Positions 50,022 to 53,665 of a DNA stretch of 53,665 nucleotides are shown one piece after another. The notes below the pieces were generated by a model. It saw only the letters and a list, made by a program, of their open reading frames with translations, was not told where the DNA came from and made no database searches. The stretch is from Octopus sinensis (lineage: Eukaryota). Every line of letters starts with the position of its first letter. The stretch's first letter is position 1. Position numbers and translations under genes: made by a program. The DNA lies in assembly GCF_006345805.1 (NCBI RefSeq), contig NW_021834020.1, positions 1 through 53,665 of the forward strand, read 5' to 3'.

Positions 50022-50355
50022 ACGAGGTCTGATCAATAAGTATCCGGATTGTTCCGAGAGGGATGAAGCTGAAGCATGCTCGGTAAAACTGCTTGGCAAA
50101 AAGTGGCCTGGGACTCTGTTGTGCAAGACCGCTAAGTTTTAACGTTTAAGATCATTTCTGCTATTTACAACAGTGCTTGGAAGGAAGGTGTGTAGCGTTT
50201 GATCGTCGCATTGAGCATGCCAGAGAAGATTCTCATGGCGATACTGACTCAGAAGTGTACACAAAGTTGCATTAAGTGTATGGAGAGGGGTGCACGAGTC
50301 GCATACAAATGTACGAGTGGTTTAGATATTTACAATTTGGGCGGAAAATGTCGAA
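50022..50355 (+). mobile_element. Mariner 5' end; related minus-strand copies at ~16540-16708, 17400-17608 and 18610-18818
   Basis: TIR CGAGGTCTGATCAATAAGTATCCGGA followed by the HTH remnant VYGEGCTSRIQMYEWFRY. Confidence 0.8.
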
Positions 50356-50404
50356 ATTTTATAGAAAGTATTTTTTGTATTTTTATATAAAGTACATGTA
50401 TGAA

Positions 50405-51120
50405 CAATCCCTGTCCTTTCCATTCTCTGTGGAAATGAGAAATGATAATGATAAACCGAATGTAATAAAAGCACAAGTCAGCCACGGTATTTTATATTAT
50501 AGAATTATAAAAACACAAGTCAGTAATTATCTCTCTTTTCATTCTTAATATTATTAATTCACTTACCTTTAAGGTTCATCACTGTTACAGGGTTGTTAAG
50601 TAAACTTCACTTTTAGTTGCAAAATCGACCAACCAGACGTGTCTCACTGCAAACAATAAGCTTCTGCCTTTTAATGTTTCCTTTTCCTAGTCTCGATAAA
50701 CAAGCTTTCTTTTATTTATTCCTATTCACTTCGTTCTGATAATTTAAGAATAAATTCAGGATATTTCACAGTTGATTTCTTTTTGCATTGGCTTCGAAAA
50801 GACAATGTCTTTAAAACAATCTCTCCCGAGTTCTTCCACACTTATAAAATCGATGGCCAACTTGAACTTTCTTTCCCTCTTACACCAGAAGTCGTCGCTA
50901 GATAATTTCACTTTTCGTTAAATAAGTTCTTAAATTCCAGGTCTTATATACGTTTCTCTTTCTCTCCAGAATGCTTTGCTCTTCAGAAGGTAAGTAAATT
51001 ATCAGTTTTACCCGTTGCTTTGTTAGGTTATCAACAACAACTGTTTCTATCCATCCATCTTAGCTAATAAACTGCTTGAAACATGTTGACTGCGTTTGTA
51101 TGCATGGTGAGCGAAACGAT
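50405..51120 (-). repeat. Fourth copy of the first-exon block
   Basis: Reverse complement of ~13150-13870; ATGAACCTTAAAG|GTAAGT is intact (GT at 50566-50565). Confidence 0.8.
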
Positions 51121-52440
51121 TTTCTTTCAACTTACAGACACATACATATATACACACATTCATACATGAATATATACACACACATACATACATACATACA
51201 TACATACATACATACATACATACATACATACATACATACACACATACATGCATACATACATATATACACACACATACATACACACACATATATACATACA
51301 TACATATATACACACACATTCATACATACATGAATACTTACACACACATACATAAATACACAAATACATTCATGAATACATACACTCACATACATACATA
51401 CACACATACATACATGAATATATACGCACACATACATATATACACACATATATACATATATACACATACATACATACACATATTCATACATACATGAATA
51501 CATACATATACATACATATATACACACATACATTCATGAATACCTACACTCACATACATATATACACACATTCATACATAGATGGAAGCATGCTGTGTTA
51601 CAGTGCGTCGCTTCGTCCCCCATTTCTAAGGGATTCCTTGGCGGACGACCCCTTTTTATAATTTAGGCGACAACCCTACAACCCATTGCTCTGTTTGGGC
51701 AGTCGTTGGTAGTGAGGATTTTACGGGATCAAAGTGCAAATCATAACTCGCCCCCATTTGGTGGCTTTTTACGAAACGCAGACGAAACGCTGGGTCTATT
51801 CATTGATATGCCAGTCCCCTCACAGCCCTGGGGCAACGTGAAATACAGAACTTTGCTCACGGAAAACATACGCCATCCTGTCCATGAATCGATCGCACGG
51901 TCAGCGAATCATGAGTGCAAATCCTGATCCCTAAACCACGCATATTCACTGAGGAAAAAAATTATAAACGTTGGGATTATATCTTAATATTCAATAAAAC
52001 AATAATCATTTTCCCTGATTGTGAGTATCTTATCACTTCTGGATACTAATCGATACTAAGAACATAACTAGATTATACTCCACGGAAAACATGTCTACTT
52101 AAGAAGAAAGAAAGAAAATATACTTTAAACAGATAAATCACGGTTGTCTACATATTGAATAGACTCAAGGATGTTTATCGCAATCAGCAGCCGGATGTTA
52201 TTAATTAATATTTTCAATTCATTCTTTCAAAGTGATTATACCTCAGCGTTGTAAAGACTTCACGAATATTTCGTGTTCGAACTTGTTACTTTTCTTAAAT
52301 TAATGAGGCTTTTTTCCTGTCTTAAAAATTCATTTTAATTGTGATTTTATCATGACGTGGCAGATGTATCATTTTAATGAGGATGTGTGTGTGTGACGTG
52401 GAAAGTGGTGTATGTGTGTATATATAATATACATATATAC

Positions 52441-52480
<40 letters not shown>

Positions 52481-52484
52481 ATAT

Positions 52485-52526
<42 letters not shown>

Positions 52527-52529
52527 GTG

Positions 52530-52575
<46 letters not shown>

Positions 52576-52598
52576 ATATGTATATTTATATACCTATC

Positions 52599-52650
<52 letters not shown>

Positions 52651-52673
52651 GTCTATCTATCTATCTATCTATC

Positions 52674-52709
<36 letters not shown>

Positions 52710-52744
52710 ATATGTATGTATGTATGCATATATGTGGTGTGGGT

Positions 52745-52947
52745 GTGTGTGTTGTGTGACCTCGTGTGTACCGTTGGCGATTTTTTTCCTCTGTCTTCCC
52801 TTCTCTGGATCTTTCCTTCTCTATGTTTCCGACGAAGAGCTCCGCTCGGAACGTCAAACCCTCCTTCTTCCCTTCCTTCCTGGGCGTCCGTAATACTATA
52901 TTTGTTCAACGTCCTCGCGTTGTTTTCTGTGCTTTCATGTTTGGATT

Positions 52948-52950
<3 letters not shown>
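52745..52950 (+). mobile_element. Short repeat with decayed hammerhead-like motif (52826-52858), probably a Penelope pLTR remnant
   Basis: ttt-CCGACGA-a-gagc tcc gctc-GGAA-cg-TC aaa; two core mismatches. Confidence 0.4.
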
Positions 52951-52998
<48 letters not shown>

Positions 52999-52999
<1 letters not shown>

Positions 53000-53487
53000 A
53001 AGGGTGAAAAGGAACACACGAGTTGATATATATGAAAAAACAAGTCAAAAATAGAAAATGCTAAAATAATTTTATAGTGAACATTTCAGTACCGGTTTCG
53101 GTCATTTTGAGACCTTTTCAACTGTAACGATTAAATAATTAAATTTAGAAAAATTAGAAGAAAAGTTTTTTTAAAGGAATATTCTATAGTAGTGTTCAGA
53201 TATATAATGGCATTCTGCTTTCTCTGACTCCCTTGTTTGCACTTGTGTGTTCGAGGTCGTTGTATCACACAAGTGCAACAAGGGAGTCAGAGAAAGGCAG
53301 AATGCCACTTATATCTGAACACTACTATAGAAATATTCCTTTAAAAAAACTTTTCTTCTAATTTTTCTAATTTAATTATTTATCGTTACAGTTGAAAAGG
53401 TCTCAAAATGACCGAAACCGGTACTGAAATGTTCACTATAAAATTATTTTAGCATTTTCTATTTTTGACTTGTTTTTTCATATATAT
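52999..53487. mobile_element. Penelope-like pLTR fold-back (arms ~53027-53249 and 53266-53487)
   Basis: Near-perfect ~220-bp inverted repeat. Begins TAAGGGTGA like the element at 1958, and has a hammerhead motif in each arm. Confidence 0.7.
53389..53426 (+). ncRNA. Hammerhead-like motif with U3:A8 core (mirror copy at 53087-53124, minus)
   Basis: cag-TTGAAAA-ggtc tcaaaat gacc-GAAA-ccgg-TA^ctg; palindromic stem III. Confidence 0.65.
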
Positions 53488-53665
53488 AATATATATATAT
53501 ACATATATATATATACACATATACAGGCATAAATACACACGCACACGTAAACGTTTACACACACACCCAAATACAACCCCAGCTCGCTACCTTATCCTTC
53601 ATAATAATATTAATCCATTTCTACTATAGGCACAGGGCCTGAAAGTTGGGAGACGGAGGATAGTC

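Larger units (their letters stand above)
51590..53665. repeat. Direct segmental duplicate of ~44775-46206
   Basis: 44790-45480 matches 51597-52395 (with indels), and 46122-46208 matches 53578-53665. Confidence 0.8.

Overview
AT-rich, repeat-dense eukaryotic DNA. The SINE families and TA/TATG microsatellite load look like an octopus genome (inference, not verified). Nearly all ORFs in the supplied track are microsatellite artefacts. The real content is as follows. (1) Two convergent paralogous spliced genes that I rebuilt exon by exon: gene A (+, 19032-23006, 239 aa) and gene B (-, 36691-29810, 240 aa). Each encodes a signal peptide, an 8-Cys PAN/Apple-like domain and a C-terminal domain I cannot name, and the exons appear more diverged than adjacent intron DNA. 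(2) A probable upstream first exon present in four copies, plus the coding-less remnant of a third paralog. (3) About ten minimal type I hammerhead ribozyme motifs, most in Penelope-like repeats. These include a ~530-bp tandem array and compensated A3:U8 and U3:A8 core variants; one further motif is in sense orientation in a gene B intron. (4) Decayed Tc1, mariner, Gypsy, CR1/L2, R4/Dong, Penelope and Helitron fragments and many SINEs. All alignments were done by eye, so percentages are approximate.
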